This document shows positions 45,971 through 55,816 of a stretch of DNA of 64,000 bases, in pieces. Below the pieces are notes generated by a model. The model did not search any database and had not been told where the DNA came from. It saw only the letters and a program-made list of their open reading frames with translations. Source of the stretch: a virus (lineage: Duplodnaviria; Caudoviricetes); the IMG/VR virus record IMGVR_UViG_3300028048_000045, positions 32,001 through 96,000 of that record; one strand, written 5' to 3'. The position numbers were made by a program, and so were the translations under genes. Numbering within the stretch: the stretch's first letter is position 1; each line of letters starts with the position of its first letter.

Positions 45971-47563
45971 ATGGAACCGAACTTTGATGAACTAACACAA
46001 ATCGGTATGGAATTCACATTACCGAGAGTTAATAATCGTCAAGCGACGAAAGAAGAAATAAAACATCTTAGAGAAAACATTAATGATGATATTAAAAAGA
46101 CTGAAGAAAAAATGATTTCCATAGTTATGAAACCTGATCCAGATTATGTAAATCCAGATCCTACAGGAAATGAAATAGCTGAAGGTATGGAATCATATGA
46201 ATTTTCAGTTGAGGATGAAATTATTAATGGGTTCAATGATGAAAAATATCAACAAGAAATCATTCAACTTATTAATACTATTAATAATCACATTAGTATT
46301 TGTCAAAATGAATTAATAAAGATCGATAAATCTTTAGAACTTAAAGATAAAGAAGTTGTAAATTCTATTTTCAATAAAGTTGTAAAGAACTTAAAATCTA
46401 CTATTTGTACACATTATATGTATCGTGATACTGGTAGTAAGATTGGAGCATTACTTAAAATATGTGACCAAGTTTTTAACGGATTATCTGAATTAAATCT
46501 GGAAAAATTTGATACTTATTTGAATTTTTTCGACAATTTAGATACATCTTGGTTGTTTACTAAAGAAATGTATGGATATCTAAATAATAAAGATATGAAC
46601 AGTTTCTTTACAAATCTTGAAAAATATTCTGTAGCTTATATAACTACTAGACTTGAGAAATATAGCGGGTTAATTATAAATGAAAAAGAAGTACCTTTGA
46701 TTTCAGTTCTTGCTAATCCTAATAATATAATTAGTAATTGGAAAGAATGTAATCACAATATTGGTAATATGATTTCTACTATTAAAATAAAATCTGTTAC
46801 TAATATACCTAATGCCGAATACGCATGTGTGTTTGTAAAATTTATTTTTTCATTATTATCTGCTTTCTTTAGAATAGTTTTAAATGTAAGTGAAGATATT
46901 CAAGCTATTATGAATAAAATAGAACCTACAGGATTAAATAAACCCGTACCTGGTTTTTTAATTGATAATCTTGAAGAAAAAGATCCTTGGATTGTAACGG
47001 ACTATCATTTGTTGAAAGAATTTAAACACGGATCTACAGATACAACAAGAACTGAAAATATTATCAAAATGCATAACAGTGTTATAAAACCTAATGATTT
47101 AGTTTTATTCGAAGGTGATATAACTGAAGAAGAGTATTTTGATATGAATATTATTAAGTATATTAAAATGGTTTCTAATCTTGTTAAAAAGCTTAATGGT
47201 CATAAAATTATGATTATGGGTAATAATGATTCAGGAACTAAGGATATGTATCTTAAAATGGGTTTTGAAGAAGTATATGATAGACCATTACTTGGTAAGA
47301 AATATTTATTCTCTCATGAACCTCAAATTATGACTAAGTATCCTGGAATTTTAAATATACACGGTCATATTCATGGTAGTAAAAAATATTACAACATGGA
47401 TGCTAAGAACCATTTGGATTCATATTATGGTCTTTATGGTAAACCTATGAAATTGTCAGAACTTGTAAAGTATTACAATTCTGGTAAATATAATGACGTT
47501 GAAGGCAATATCAAAAATGATTGGAAAGAACCTATTGATGTTGAACCTATCAAGATAAATTAA
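45971..47563 (+). CDS. head-protein-like N-terminus fused to calcineurin-like metallophosphoesterase
   Basis: C-terminal TDYH, EGDI, MGNND, FSHEP, NIHGHIH motifs; N-terminal GME/GME/SVE; late promoter 45939-45951. Confidence 0.7.
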   Translation: MEPNFDELTQIGMEFTLPRVNNRQATKEEIKHLRENINDDIKKTEEKMISIVMKPDPDYVNPDPTGNEIAEGMESYEFSVEDEIINGFNDEKYQQEIIQLINTINNHISICQNELIKIDKSLELKDKEVVNSIFNKVVKNLKSTICTHYMYRDTGSKIGALLKICDQVFNGLSELNLEKFDTYLNFFDNLDTSWLFTKEMYGYLNNKDMNSFFTNLEKYSVAYITTRLEKYSGLIINEKEVPLISVLANPNNIISNWKECNHNIGNMISTIKIKSVTNIPNAEYACVFVKFIFSLLSAFFRIVLNVSEDIQAIMNKIEPTGLNKPVPGFLIDNLEEKDPWIVTDYHLLKEFKHGSTDTTRTENIIKMHNSVIKPNDLVLFEGDITEEEYFDMNIIKYIKMVSNLVKKLNGHKIMIMGNNDSGTKDMYLKMGFEEVYDRPLLGKKYLFSHEPQIMTKYPGILNIHGHIHGSKKYYNMDAKNHLDSYYGLYGKPMKLSELVKYYNSGKYNDVEGNIKNDWKEPIDVEPIKIN

Positions 47564-47577
47564 GGAGATATAAATCT

Positions 47578-49017
47578 ATGACAGATTTACATTCTATAGA
47601 AAAACTTCGTAGAGAAGAACTCTCTTATAATGAAAAACAGAAAATCTTCAATTTAAGTTATGAATCTTATTTTGGAGAATCTGTTGAAAATCTTTTGAAG
47701 TGTGATTCACTCGATAAAGATATTTTCAAAGTTACTACTGATTATGAAACAACTGCTAAAATGTTGAAAGGTAAATATGCTAATTCTACAGAAGCTGAAG
47801 AACAGGATGAGATGAAAATTTCATTTGGTGCTAATGTAAAATTGTGGTTTACTAAAGTTTGGGCATTTATCGTAAGTATTTTCCAAAACATCACATATTC
47901 AATTGTAAATATGATTAAAGCACTTATTTTGTATATTCAGAAGAAACGTACAGTAAGTCAATCTATTTATAAAAGAATTAATGATATGTACTTCAGTAAT
48001 TCTAATGGTTTCCATACTCATGCTGATGATCGTTTTGGAACATTAGCTTCAGATCCTAATTATTATTCTGTAAAAACAAAAGATATTGGCGGATCTGGTA
48101 AAGGCATGACATTTAGTGATATTCATGCTAGAATCAATGATGCTAATCTTCATTGGTTCATTTATGATAACAAAATTATTTTACAGAATAAAAAATCTTT
48201 ATTCAACTTGGATACACTTAAACAATTTGCTACTAGTGATCTTGCTAAAGAAAGTTCTGAAGAATCTTTAGCAACACTTGAACAAAATGTTGGAATCTTA
48301 GCTGCACAAGGAATTATTGCTGGAGAAGTTTCAGCAAACTTCAATGCTAACACTAATAAATATATTGAACTCATCAAGAATGGTAATAAACCTAAAGTTA
48401 TTGCAGATTTAATGATTTATGGTTCAGCTGAAATTTCAAATGTTTCAATCCCTACAACAGAATTTTTAGGAATTGATAGAAATTCTTCAGCAAGTGTTAC
48501 TAAACTTTTAAGAATGTATCTTGATGATTCAAGAAAAATTATTGGTAAGGGTGGATATATCGACGTTCTTACTGAAATTCTTAAAAAGTATAAAGATATC
48601 GCTGCTAAGGATTCTAAAGTAATTAAAGAAATTTCTGACTATATTAATAGTCAACTTGTTACTTATGCTGAAAATCCACAAATTATTGGTAAATTTAAAA
48701 GATTTACTAATATGATGGTTAGTATTAAATCTGTAAAAACAAAGTTTGTTGCATTACGTCAAGGAATTATCGGAAACCTTCTTACTATGTATTCTATTAT
48801 GGATTATGGTATTAATCAATTAATCGGTGCTTCTGATGAAATGAAACCTATTCAGAATGGTAAGAATACAGTTATTGTAACTGATACAGGAACTTATAAT
48901 TCTAATCGTAACCAAAAATCTAAAGATTTAACTGGTAAAGATGGTGATATTATCTCTAATATTACTAAACCTGTAGAAGATCTTTATGAAGAAGGTGACG
49001 AAAGTCTTAAAAATTAA
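47578..49017 (+). CDS. internal head protein paralogue
   Basis: SIE/SYE/SVE/STE then WFTKVWAFIVSIF helix. Confidence 0.6.
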   Translation: MTDLHSIEKLRREELSYNEKQKIFNLSYESYFGESVENLLKCDSLDKDIFKVTTDYETTAKMLKGKYANSTEAEEQDEMKISFGANVKLWFTKVWAFIVSIFQNITYSIVNMIKALILYIQKKRTVSQSIYKRINDMYFSNSNGFHTHADDRFGTLASDPNYYSVKTKDIGGSGKGMTFSDIHARINDANLHWFIYDNKIILQNKKSLFNLDTLKQFATSDLAKESSEESLATLEQNVGILAAQGIIAGEVSANFNANTNKYIELIKNGNKPKVIADLMIYGSAEISNVSIPTTEFLGIDRNSSASVTKLLRMYLDDSRKIIGKGGYIDVLTEILKKYKDIAAKDSKVIKEISDYINSQLVTYAENPQIIGKFKRFTNMMVSIKSVKTKFVALRQGIIGNLLTMYSIMDYGINQLIGASDEMKPIQNGKNTVIVTDTGTYNSNRNQKSKDLTGKDGDIISNITKPVEDLYEEGDESLKN

Positions 49018-49104
49018 CAATTAAATATATGTTAGTATAAGTCTCGAGCTCATTGTCTTATACTAACAATTATAGATATCTATTATTATAAGGAGAATAT
49101 TCTC

Positions 49105-50931
49105 ATGGAAAATAACGAATTTGGAATGGAAGCCATTATCAGTAATGGTTTAGGCTTCTCAGATTCTCTTTTCAATACTAAGAAAACAAATTTCGATGGC
49201 GATTTTGATTCTATGAGTCTTGAAATAGCTTCTACAGAAAACCTTGTAAATTTTGCTGAAACATATAATCAACTTGATGCATATAATGCTGATCAGAAGA
49301 TTAGAATGTTGAAGAAACTTCATGTACATACAAATAATGTGCCTGGAAATTATGGTAAATCTGTAGAAAAATTTATTGTTGAACAGTCTCTTGAAGAGGC
49401 CGCTACTAAAGAAGCTGCTGGAGAAACATCTGGTGCTAATCCTGCTAAACTTCCTAATGGAGCTATTGGTAAACAACGCGATGGCTTTATTGCTAAAGTT
49501 TGGCAAACACTTAAAGATTTATTCTTTAAAATCGTAGATTGGTTTAAAAAGAAACTTCAGTGGATTGCTGATAAAATTGGTAAACGTCCAACTACATCAG
49601 AATCTATTCAGGCTCTTTCTTCATGTACAAGTGAAGAAGCTAAAGATATTTGGGATACACTTCTTGAAAATGACATCGATGCTTCTACTAAATCAAGTGA
49701 ACAGGGTAAAGTAATTTGTATTTCTGCTAACGCTATTAACAAATTTGCTGCAAATGTAGAAAAATTTGATATGGTTGGTCGTAGACTTATTGCTTGTTCT
49801 CAGACTGTTGAAAAACAGGGTGGATATTTAGCAGCTAATAAAGACTCAAATCTTTCATATAATGATATTATTTCCAATGTTAATGGAATTAAATCACAGT
49901 TAGCTGAATTTATTCCTGGTGGTAAACAGGTTCCTGAAACAATTCAGAAACTTACTAAGGAAGATATCACTAAGTTCAATAGACAATTTAAAGAATGTCT
50001 TTCTTATTTACAATGGGATCATGATCCTGAGGGTTATGCTAAATTATTCACAGGAACAAATCTTATTGCTAAAAAGGCTGGTGGAAATGCCGCATCTGTA
50101 GCTGCTGCTCAGTATGGTACTACAAATCCTGCTGAATTAAGAAAACTCATTCCTTCTTTAACAGAATCTTTAAAAACTATTGATTCTACATTGACTAAAT
50201 TACAGCACGATGTAACAGAAGCTGATAAAGCTTTTAATAGATATATTTCTCATAAAGATCGTAACATTGCTGATGGTAATGGAAACCTTAAAGAATATAA
50301 AGGTGGAGATGAAAATTACGCTAATGCTATTATCGTATATCAGTTTGCTACTACAACAATGACTTGTTTCAAAATGTTGAATAAGTTAATTCAAGTAGCT
50401 GTTACAGTTTATAAGAAAATGGATGATGAATTGGTTAAATTGACAAACGTTCTTGATAAAGCTGCTAAAGCTAAAAAAGAACGCAAATGGTTCCAATTCA
50501 AAAAGAAAGATCGTGATGCTAAGAAATCTAACGATACTCTCAAAGAAGCAGGTCTTGATACCGAAAATGAAGAAGAAGTAGATAAGAGAAATGCTAATTG
50601 GGACAAACTCGAAAAGTTTGAAAAAGGTGCTAAGGCTGCTGGAAAAGCTATTGGTAACGGTGCTCAGAAATTTGGTAAAACTAAACCTGGTACTGGTATC
50701 AGAAATGCCGCTGATGCTATAGCATCTGGTGTTAAATCTACCGCTCAAGATCTTTTAGGCAGAGATAAAGAAGCTGCTAATACTAGAAAGAATTTGGAAA
50801 AACGTATCAATAAACGTGAAGCCAATGCTGAAAAACGTGCTAACGCTGCAGCTAATTCTAGAATGGCTAAAGATAATGCTAGAACTAAAACTACAGAATC
50901 TTGGCTGCTTGATCCTGAGAATTATATCTAA
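49105..50931 (+). CDS. internal head protein paralogue
   Basis: GME/SLE/STE/SVE/SLE then FIAKVWQTLKDLF helix; late promoter 49017-49029. Confidence 0.6.
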   Translation: MENNEFGMEAIISNGLGFSDSLFNTKKTNFDGDFDSMSLEIASTENLVNFAETYNQLDAYNADQKIRMLKKLHVHTNNVPGNYGKSVEKFIVEQSLEEAATKEAAGETSGANPAKLPNGAIGKQRDGFIAKVWQTLKDLFFKIVDWFKKKLQWIADKIGKRPTTSESIQALSSCTSEEAKDIWDTLLENDIDASTKSSEQGKVICISANAINKFAANVEKFDMVGRRLIACSQTVEKQGGYLAANKDSNLSYNDIISNVNGIKSQLAEFIPGGKQVPETIQKLTKEDITKFNRQFKECLSYLQWDHDPEGYAKLFTGTNLIAKKAGGNAASVAAAQYGTTNPAELRKLIPSLTESLKTIDSTLTKLQHDVTEADKAFNRYISHKDRNIADGNGNLKEYKGGDENYANAIIVYQFATTTMTCFKMLNKLIQVAVTVYKKMDDELVKLTNVLDKAAKAKKERKWFQFKKKDRDAKKSNDTLKEAGLDTENEEEVDKRNANWDKLEKFEKGAKAAGKAIGNGAQKFGKTKPGTGIRNAADAIASGVKSTAQDLLGRDKEAANTRKNLEKRINKREANAEKRANAAANSRMAKDNARTKTTESWLLDPENYI

Positions 50932-50940
50932 TATTTCTTA

Positions 50941-50970
50941 TAAAGATCCTGGGTTTATCCAGGATCTTTA
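50941..50970 (+). terminator. terminator
   Basis: taaagatcctgg-gtttat-ccaggatcttta. Confidence 0.8.
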
Positions 50971-51009
50971 TTTTTTACAATTTTACATCATTATATAGGA
51001 AGTTTAACA

Positions 51010-51789
51010 ATGAGAGACGATGATATTAACTTAAAAATGAAAGTTGATCCTAATTTGAAAGATGATACTGTCTTACAAATGGGTGAAAATCAAGTAACTT
51101 ATGGTGAACTTAAAGATATGTATAAAGTTGTAAACCAAGAACCAATTAGATGTTTAATCTATTGGGATGACGTTTGTCAATATACTTCTTTAGGTTTAAT
51201 TGAAGTTATTAATGCTTTATTTAAAACTGATGCTAAAATTGATTTTGAACATTTCTTTACAAGACCAAATGACTATATCTATGGTATAGAATATGTTTAT
51301 AAAATCTTTGAAAATGTTTTAAAACCTCAAGAAATTGATAAAATAAAGCGTAAATATTATTGGAAAATAATGGAAATATCATTAAAAAGTATGGTATTTA
51401 ATTCTTCTGTAAGAATTAATAATTTTTATGAAAGAATTGGTTTTTATTTTCCTTACCATTTTAAAAATTCTGATATGCTTAGAGCAGGTTTTAAAGAAAC
51501 AATATTTACTAAGATTCCATTAGAAAATATCAGATTTTATTATGGTGAAACCGATGGTGGTTTCAATGATATTCTTAAGAAAGATGCTTATAATAGTGTA
51601 ATAACTCCAAATATTAAAGGAACTTACGAATACATTATTAATAATAATCTTAAGAAGATAGCTATTATTGGTCCTGAAGATCATAATGGTATGACTGAAG
51701 AAATTTATGAAGTATTGGAAAAATATAAAAAGCTTCCATTACCTAATTATTGTTCACTAAATGTATATTCTGAACAAATATACAAGTAA
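51010..51789 (+). CDS. hypothetical late protein
   Basis: 259 aa; late promoter 50985-50997. Confidence 0.6.
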   Translation: MRDDDINLKMKVDPNLKDDTVLQMGENQVTYGELKDMYKVVNQEPIRCLIYWDDVCQYTSLGLIEVINALFKTDAKIDFEHFFTRPNDYIYGIEYVYKIFENVLKPQEIDKIKRKYYWKIMEISLKSMVFNSSVRINNFYERIGFYFPYHFKNSDMLRAGFKETIFTKIPLENIRFYYGETDGGFNDILKKDAYNSVITPNIKGTYEYIINNNLKKIAIIGPEDHNGMTEEIYEVLEKYKKLPLPNYCSLNVYSEQIYK

Positions 51790-51825
51790 TTATGAACAAA
51801 ATAATATAATTTTAGGGAGTATCTT

Positions 51826-53139
51826 ATGGAAACAACTTCTTATAAAGACTTCCTATATTCTGTAGAAGCGGAAGTCGCAGAAAAAAAGAAACAGATTGAA
51901 AAACAAAATGTTTCTGCTTCTAAACCCGTAGAGAAAAATTCACATATGGTAGCTGCTAAGAAAGCTGAAAAGCCTTCTGTTTTTGATCAATTAAAAGAGT
52001 TACCAGGTAAAGTAGATAATCTAAATAAACGTTTTAAACTTTGGAAAAATCAAAGAAAGAATTTAGGTTTTTATAAACGTTATTTGGATAGAGTTGAAAG
52101 CGGGTTATATTCAAGATATGGATCAGATTCATATGTTTTTGAAAACGAAATGATTGATGATCCTGTAAATATTCTCAAAGGCCCAGCTCAAGAATATATT
52201 CGTGATATTGTGGCAGATGTAAATAAGCTGTTTAAACAAGTTTTGGATATGTCTAAGGCATTAGAAACTAAGACAACAGCTGAAGGTGCAATCTCTGTAG
52301 TAAACGGATATGTTAAAGAGTACATAGGTCAAAATATAAAAGGTCAGAAAGTTGACCAAAATAAACTTTCATGGCGAGATAAGATTCTCAATGCTACTAA
52401 ATTTAAAATTGCTAATATCTTATTAAGATATGGTAAACGTGAAGTTTATGGATACACTGCAAAAAATATGGTTTTAAAAGGATATCCTCCTGCAAATCAT
52501 TTAATTGTAACTATGTTTGTAAGTAATCCAGAAGAACATCCTTCTAGACGTTCTATAACTTCAGTATTTACTAGTCCTGAATCTTTCAGAATTCTCGCAG
52601 ATTCTGATAAACAAGATGTCTTCAGTGTAGTTGGTATGACTACTTCTGTCTTAAGTAAAACTGTAGACGGAAAAGTTATGAATGATATCAAATTATCAAA
52701 ATCAAATGCTATCAAAGAATTTAAAGCAAGCAATAATCCTAATAAATCTGATGAAGCTAAAATCATCGATTCTATATGGGATGGTATAAATGTTTCTTGT
52801 AAAGAATTACTTGGTAGAAAAAGTTATTTTATCGACTGTATCAATGTTTATTATGATATGATTCTTAGAATCGATCGTTTAGCAGTTTTAGCAATTAAAT
52901 CTATGCTTGATACTGAAAATGCTTCTCGAGATAAAGGTTATAAGAATGGTGCTCAGTATAAACGAGATACAAATGATTACCGTGATGGACAAGTTCAAAC
53001 TGCTACCGATAGACAAATTTCTAGACTAGAAGAAAAACATGCTGGTGCTAAAAATGGTAAAGTTTATCGAGAAGGTTTAAATTCTAATGCTCATCAGGTA
53101 AATGAAATTGCAAAAAAGGTTAACAAAATGAATAGATAA
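51826..53139 (+). CDS. probable head/virion protein
   Basis: Late promoter 51796-51808; N-terminal SVE; lies within the head-protein array. Confidence 0.5.
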   Translation: METTSYKDFLYSVEAEVAEKKKQIEKQNVSASKPVEKNSHMVAAKKAEKPSVFDQLKELPGKVDNLNKRFKLWKNQRKNLGFYKRYLDRVESGLYSRYGSDSYVFENEMIDDPVNILKGPAQEYIRDIVADVNKLFKQVLDMSKALETKTTAEGAISVVNGYVKEYIGQNIKGQKVDQNKLSWRDKILNATKFKIANILLRYGKREVYGYTAKNMVLKGYPPANHLIVTMFVSNPEEHPSRRSITSVFTSPESFRILADSDKQDVFSVVGMTTSVLSKTVDGKVMNDIKLSKSNAIKEFKASNNPNKSDEAKIIDSIWDGINVSCKELLGRKSYFIDCINVYYDMILRIDRLAVLAIKSMLDTENASRDKGYKNGAQYKRDTNDYRDGQVQTATDRQISRLEEKHAGAKNGKVYREGLNSNAHQVNEIAKKVNKMNR

Positions 53140-53234
53140 CCTTTTATATAAATATGCCTTATCTTTATAAATGAAGTTTTCATTTATAAGATTTGTATAT
53201 ACAAATTTTTATTCCTTATAAGGAGAAACTAAAC

Positions 53235-54578
53235 ATGGATAATTCAAGAAGCCTTGAAGCACTTTACCAGGATGGAACTGGTATGGTATCTCTTCCTAAA
53301 AAATCATACAAAGCTTCTATCGAAGGATATGATGGCTTTGACGATATTCTTTCTGCCGATTTAGCTAAATCTGAAGAAAATCTGGCATTCCTCGATACAT
53401 TCCAGATGATCGAAGCTAAGAATGCTGCTGACAAAATGAAGATGTGTAGAAAACTTGCTGCTAACTACGGTTCACGTTCTGGTATGCCAGCTGGTGCTGC
53501 TACATCTGTAGAATCACTTTGTAACATCATGTCACTTGAAGCTGAAGAAACAGCTGAAGCTGCTGGTATTAATACAAAAGATGAAAAAGCTAACAATCCT
53601 GAAACAACTAAAAAGAAAGGCGAATTCTTTAGAACAATTTTCAAAGCTATTAAAGATTTTTTCAAAAACATTTGGGATGTTTTTGTTGGAATGATTAGCA
53701 AAATTGGCTCATTATTTAAAAAGAAAGATGCTCCAACAGAAACAAAAACATCATCAGATACAGTTGATATGAATGTCAATGGAACATCTGATAATAAAAC
53801 TGCAACTTCTTCAGCTACGAATGGACGCGAAACAGGTTCTAAATTAAATTTAGATTATGAAATATTTGTAGATATTTCTAAATTTAATCCAGCAGGTATT
53901 AAAAACTTCTCTAGCAAATATCAGAATACTTCAAAAGCTGTAAAAACTTTCTCAGAAGGTCTTAAAAAAGCTGAACAAGCAAGTGCTGAAAAACGTAATA
54001 CTTTTATGGATAATGAAGGTAAAAAACTTATTGAAGCTATTGATGCTACTAGTTCTATTGTAGCAGGAGTTGCTGATAGACGTAAAACTCTTGGAGCTCG
54101 TGGTGATGCTAAATCTATTAAAGCTGCACTTGATGCTGCAAGTAAAGATCTTCGTTTCGAAGCAGGTTCGGATAATGCTTATACAGTTCTTCAGAGTCTT
54201 TTTGGTGTAACAGAAGATAAAAAACTCAGAGAAGCTGCAAAAAATAAACAACAGGTAGCTAAAAAATATCTTGATGAAATTGCAGATCGTAAATCTAGAA
54301 TGCAGTCATATGTAATTAAATCAATTACAGATATTCCTTCTCAGATGAAACCTTCTCACGACTTAATGGTTCAAATTTGCGATGAATATGAAGCTAATAT
54401 TAATACTTATTTAGGAAAAATTGGTTATAATGCCGCAGATCCTAATAAAGGTCAAAATAATAATGCTTCAGAATATTATACAAGTTTGACTGTATTAACA
54501 TCTGCTTTGAAGGTTTGTACTAAAATCGAACAGGTTGTTGTTAAAGCTGTTTCTTCAATGATTAAACTTGTAAAATAG
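53235..54578 (+). CDS. internal head protein paralogue
   Basis: SLE/SIE/SEE/SVE/SLE then EFFRTIFKAIKDFF helix; propeptide alignable with 49105; ATG 53235 follows AAGGAG. Confidence 0.6.
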   Translation: MDNSRSLEALYQDGTGMVSLPKKSYKASIEGYDGFDDILSADLAKSEENLAFLDTFQMIEAKNAADKMKMCRKLAANYGSRSGMPAGAATSVESLCNIMSLEAEETAEAAGINTKDEKANNPETTKKKGEFFRTIFKAIKDFFKNIWDVFVGMISKIGSLFKKKDAPTETKTSSDTVDMNVNGTSDNKTATSSATNGRETGSKLNLDYEIFVDISKFNPAGIKNFSSKYQNTSKAVKTFSEGLKKAEQASAEKRNTFMDNEGKKLIEAIDATSSIVAGVADRRKTLGARGDAKSIKAALDAASKDLRFEAGSDNAYTVLQSLFGVTEDKKLREAAKNKQQVAKKYLDEIADRKSRMQSYVIKSITDIPSQMKPSHDLMVQICDEYEANINTYLGKIGYNAADPNKGQNNNASEYYTSLTVLTSALKVCTKIEQVVVKAVSSMIKLVK

Positions 54579-54598
54579 TTTATTTTAAACAAATAAAA

Positions 54599-54631
54599 AA
54601 AAAGAAGAGGGAGTTATCTCCCTCTTCTTTT
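54599..54631. terminator. bidirectional terminator at the structural/accessory junction
   Basis: aaaagaagagggag-ttat-ctccctcttctttt. Confidence 0.85.
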
Positions 54632-54645
54632 ATATTGGTTTTTTT

Positions 54646-55713
54646 TTACTTAGTAGCAGAAATCATTCTACTTTCATAAGCTACTATTTCAGCCCAGTCC
54701 TTTTCAGGGAAAGTTGCTAAGAAACCAGTCTTATGGAAGAAGATTTTCTGTGTTTGAATTTCTCCAGAATCTACTGATTTATCATAGTTCTGAAGATCCA
54801 AATATAATTGATAATTAACATCCTTTAATAATTCTCTATTTATTATTGGATATACTTCACTATCAGTTGTAGCTACCTGCCACCAACCAGGATTAGTAGC
54901 CGGTTCTATAATGTAGTGAACCCTTTCAGGATCAAATAATATACTTGGTACATATTTGTCAAGAATCAATGTACCACAAAATGCTTTCTCTTCAAGTTCA
55001 CCTACATGATTTTCTTCATAAGATTTTTTCAAATTCTTATAAGTACTTATCATTCCTTTGAAAATTGCTCTTACAAAATCAACAGCTTTCATAAAAGCAT
55101 CCATTTGTAGTATTGGATCTTTAGGATCAACATTCATCCAATTGATGGATAATGCGAGTGGATTCTGCATTTTAGAATATCCACCATTGAAAGTAGGATT
55201 ACTCTTTATTGATCCAAAATTATCATTCGTATCAAGAAGCATAAAGAAATCTCTATCAACTCTTGATGTAAATTCTTTACCAATTAATTTTGGCCCTATA
55301 ACAAGCCATAATTTTGATGAAGCTGTGTAAGGCTGTTCGATTCGTTTTCTTTCTACAAACGAATGTTCATTAAAACCATCATTTATAGGATTACGAACAA
55401 CCAATTGATCATGATGATCGAAGACTCCACCACCAATATCACCAACGATGTATTTTTTATTTTTAGCTTCTAACTCAGAAATTGTCTTGTCTACATCATT
55501 TCTTGAAACTCTAATAATTTCCGGAATTGTTGTAATTCCCATTTCATTACGAGCTTCAATTATCTCAGCAACGAATGTTACATCATCAAGGTGAAATGAA
55601 CCACCATGAACAATGATTGCATCCAATTCTTTTAAATCTTTCATTGAAATGGAAGATTTAATTTTTTGAATTTCTACTGCATTTTCTTCATCAAATAAAA
55701 ATTCTTTAGCCAT
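54646..55713 (-). CDS. MYG1 (UPF0160)-family metal-dependent hydrolase/exonuclease
   Basis: IVHGGSFHLDDV, IVGDIGGGVFDHH, YTASSKLW, FFHKTGFLA. Confidence 0.8.
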   Translation of the reverse strand: MAKEFLFDEENAVEIQKIKSSISMKDLKELDAIIVHGGSFHLDDVTFVAEIIEARNEMGITTIPEIIRVSRNDVDKTISELEAKNKKYIVGDIGGGVFDHHDQLVVRNPINDGFNEHSFVERKRIEQPYTASSKLWLVIGPKLIGKEFTSRVDRDFFMLLDTNDNFGSIKSNPTFNGGYSKMQNPLALSINWMNVDPKDPILQMDAFMKAVDFVRAIFKGMISTYKNLKKSYEENHVGELEEKAFCGTLILDKYVPSILFDPERVHYIIEPATNPGWWQVATTDSEVYPIINRELLKDVNYQLYLDLQNYDKSVDSGEIQTQKIFFHKTGFLATFPEKDWAEIVAYESRMISATK

Positions 55714-55816
55714 TTTTCTTACCCCCTGGCTTTTAAATTTATTATAAATATAATATATAAATTAACATATTTAATAAACAAAAAAGAAAGGGATAACAAA
55801 TATCCCTTTCTTAAAT

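Noticed and set aside
51010-51789. HAD-family phosphatase call from LIYWDDV
   Set aside because: Lacks the DxD nucleophile motif; insufficient support
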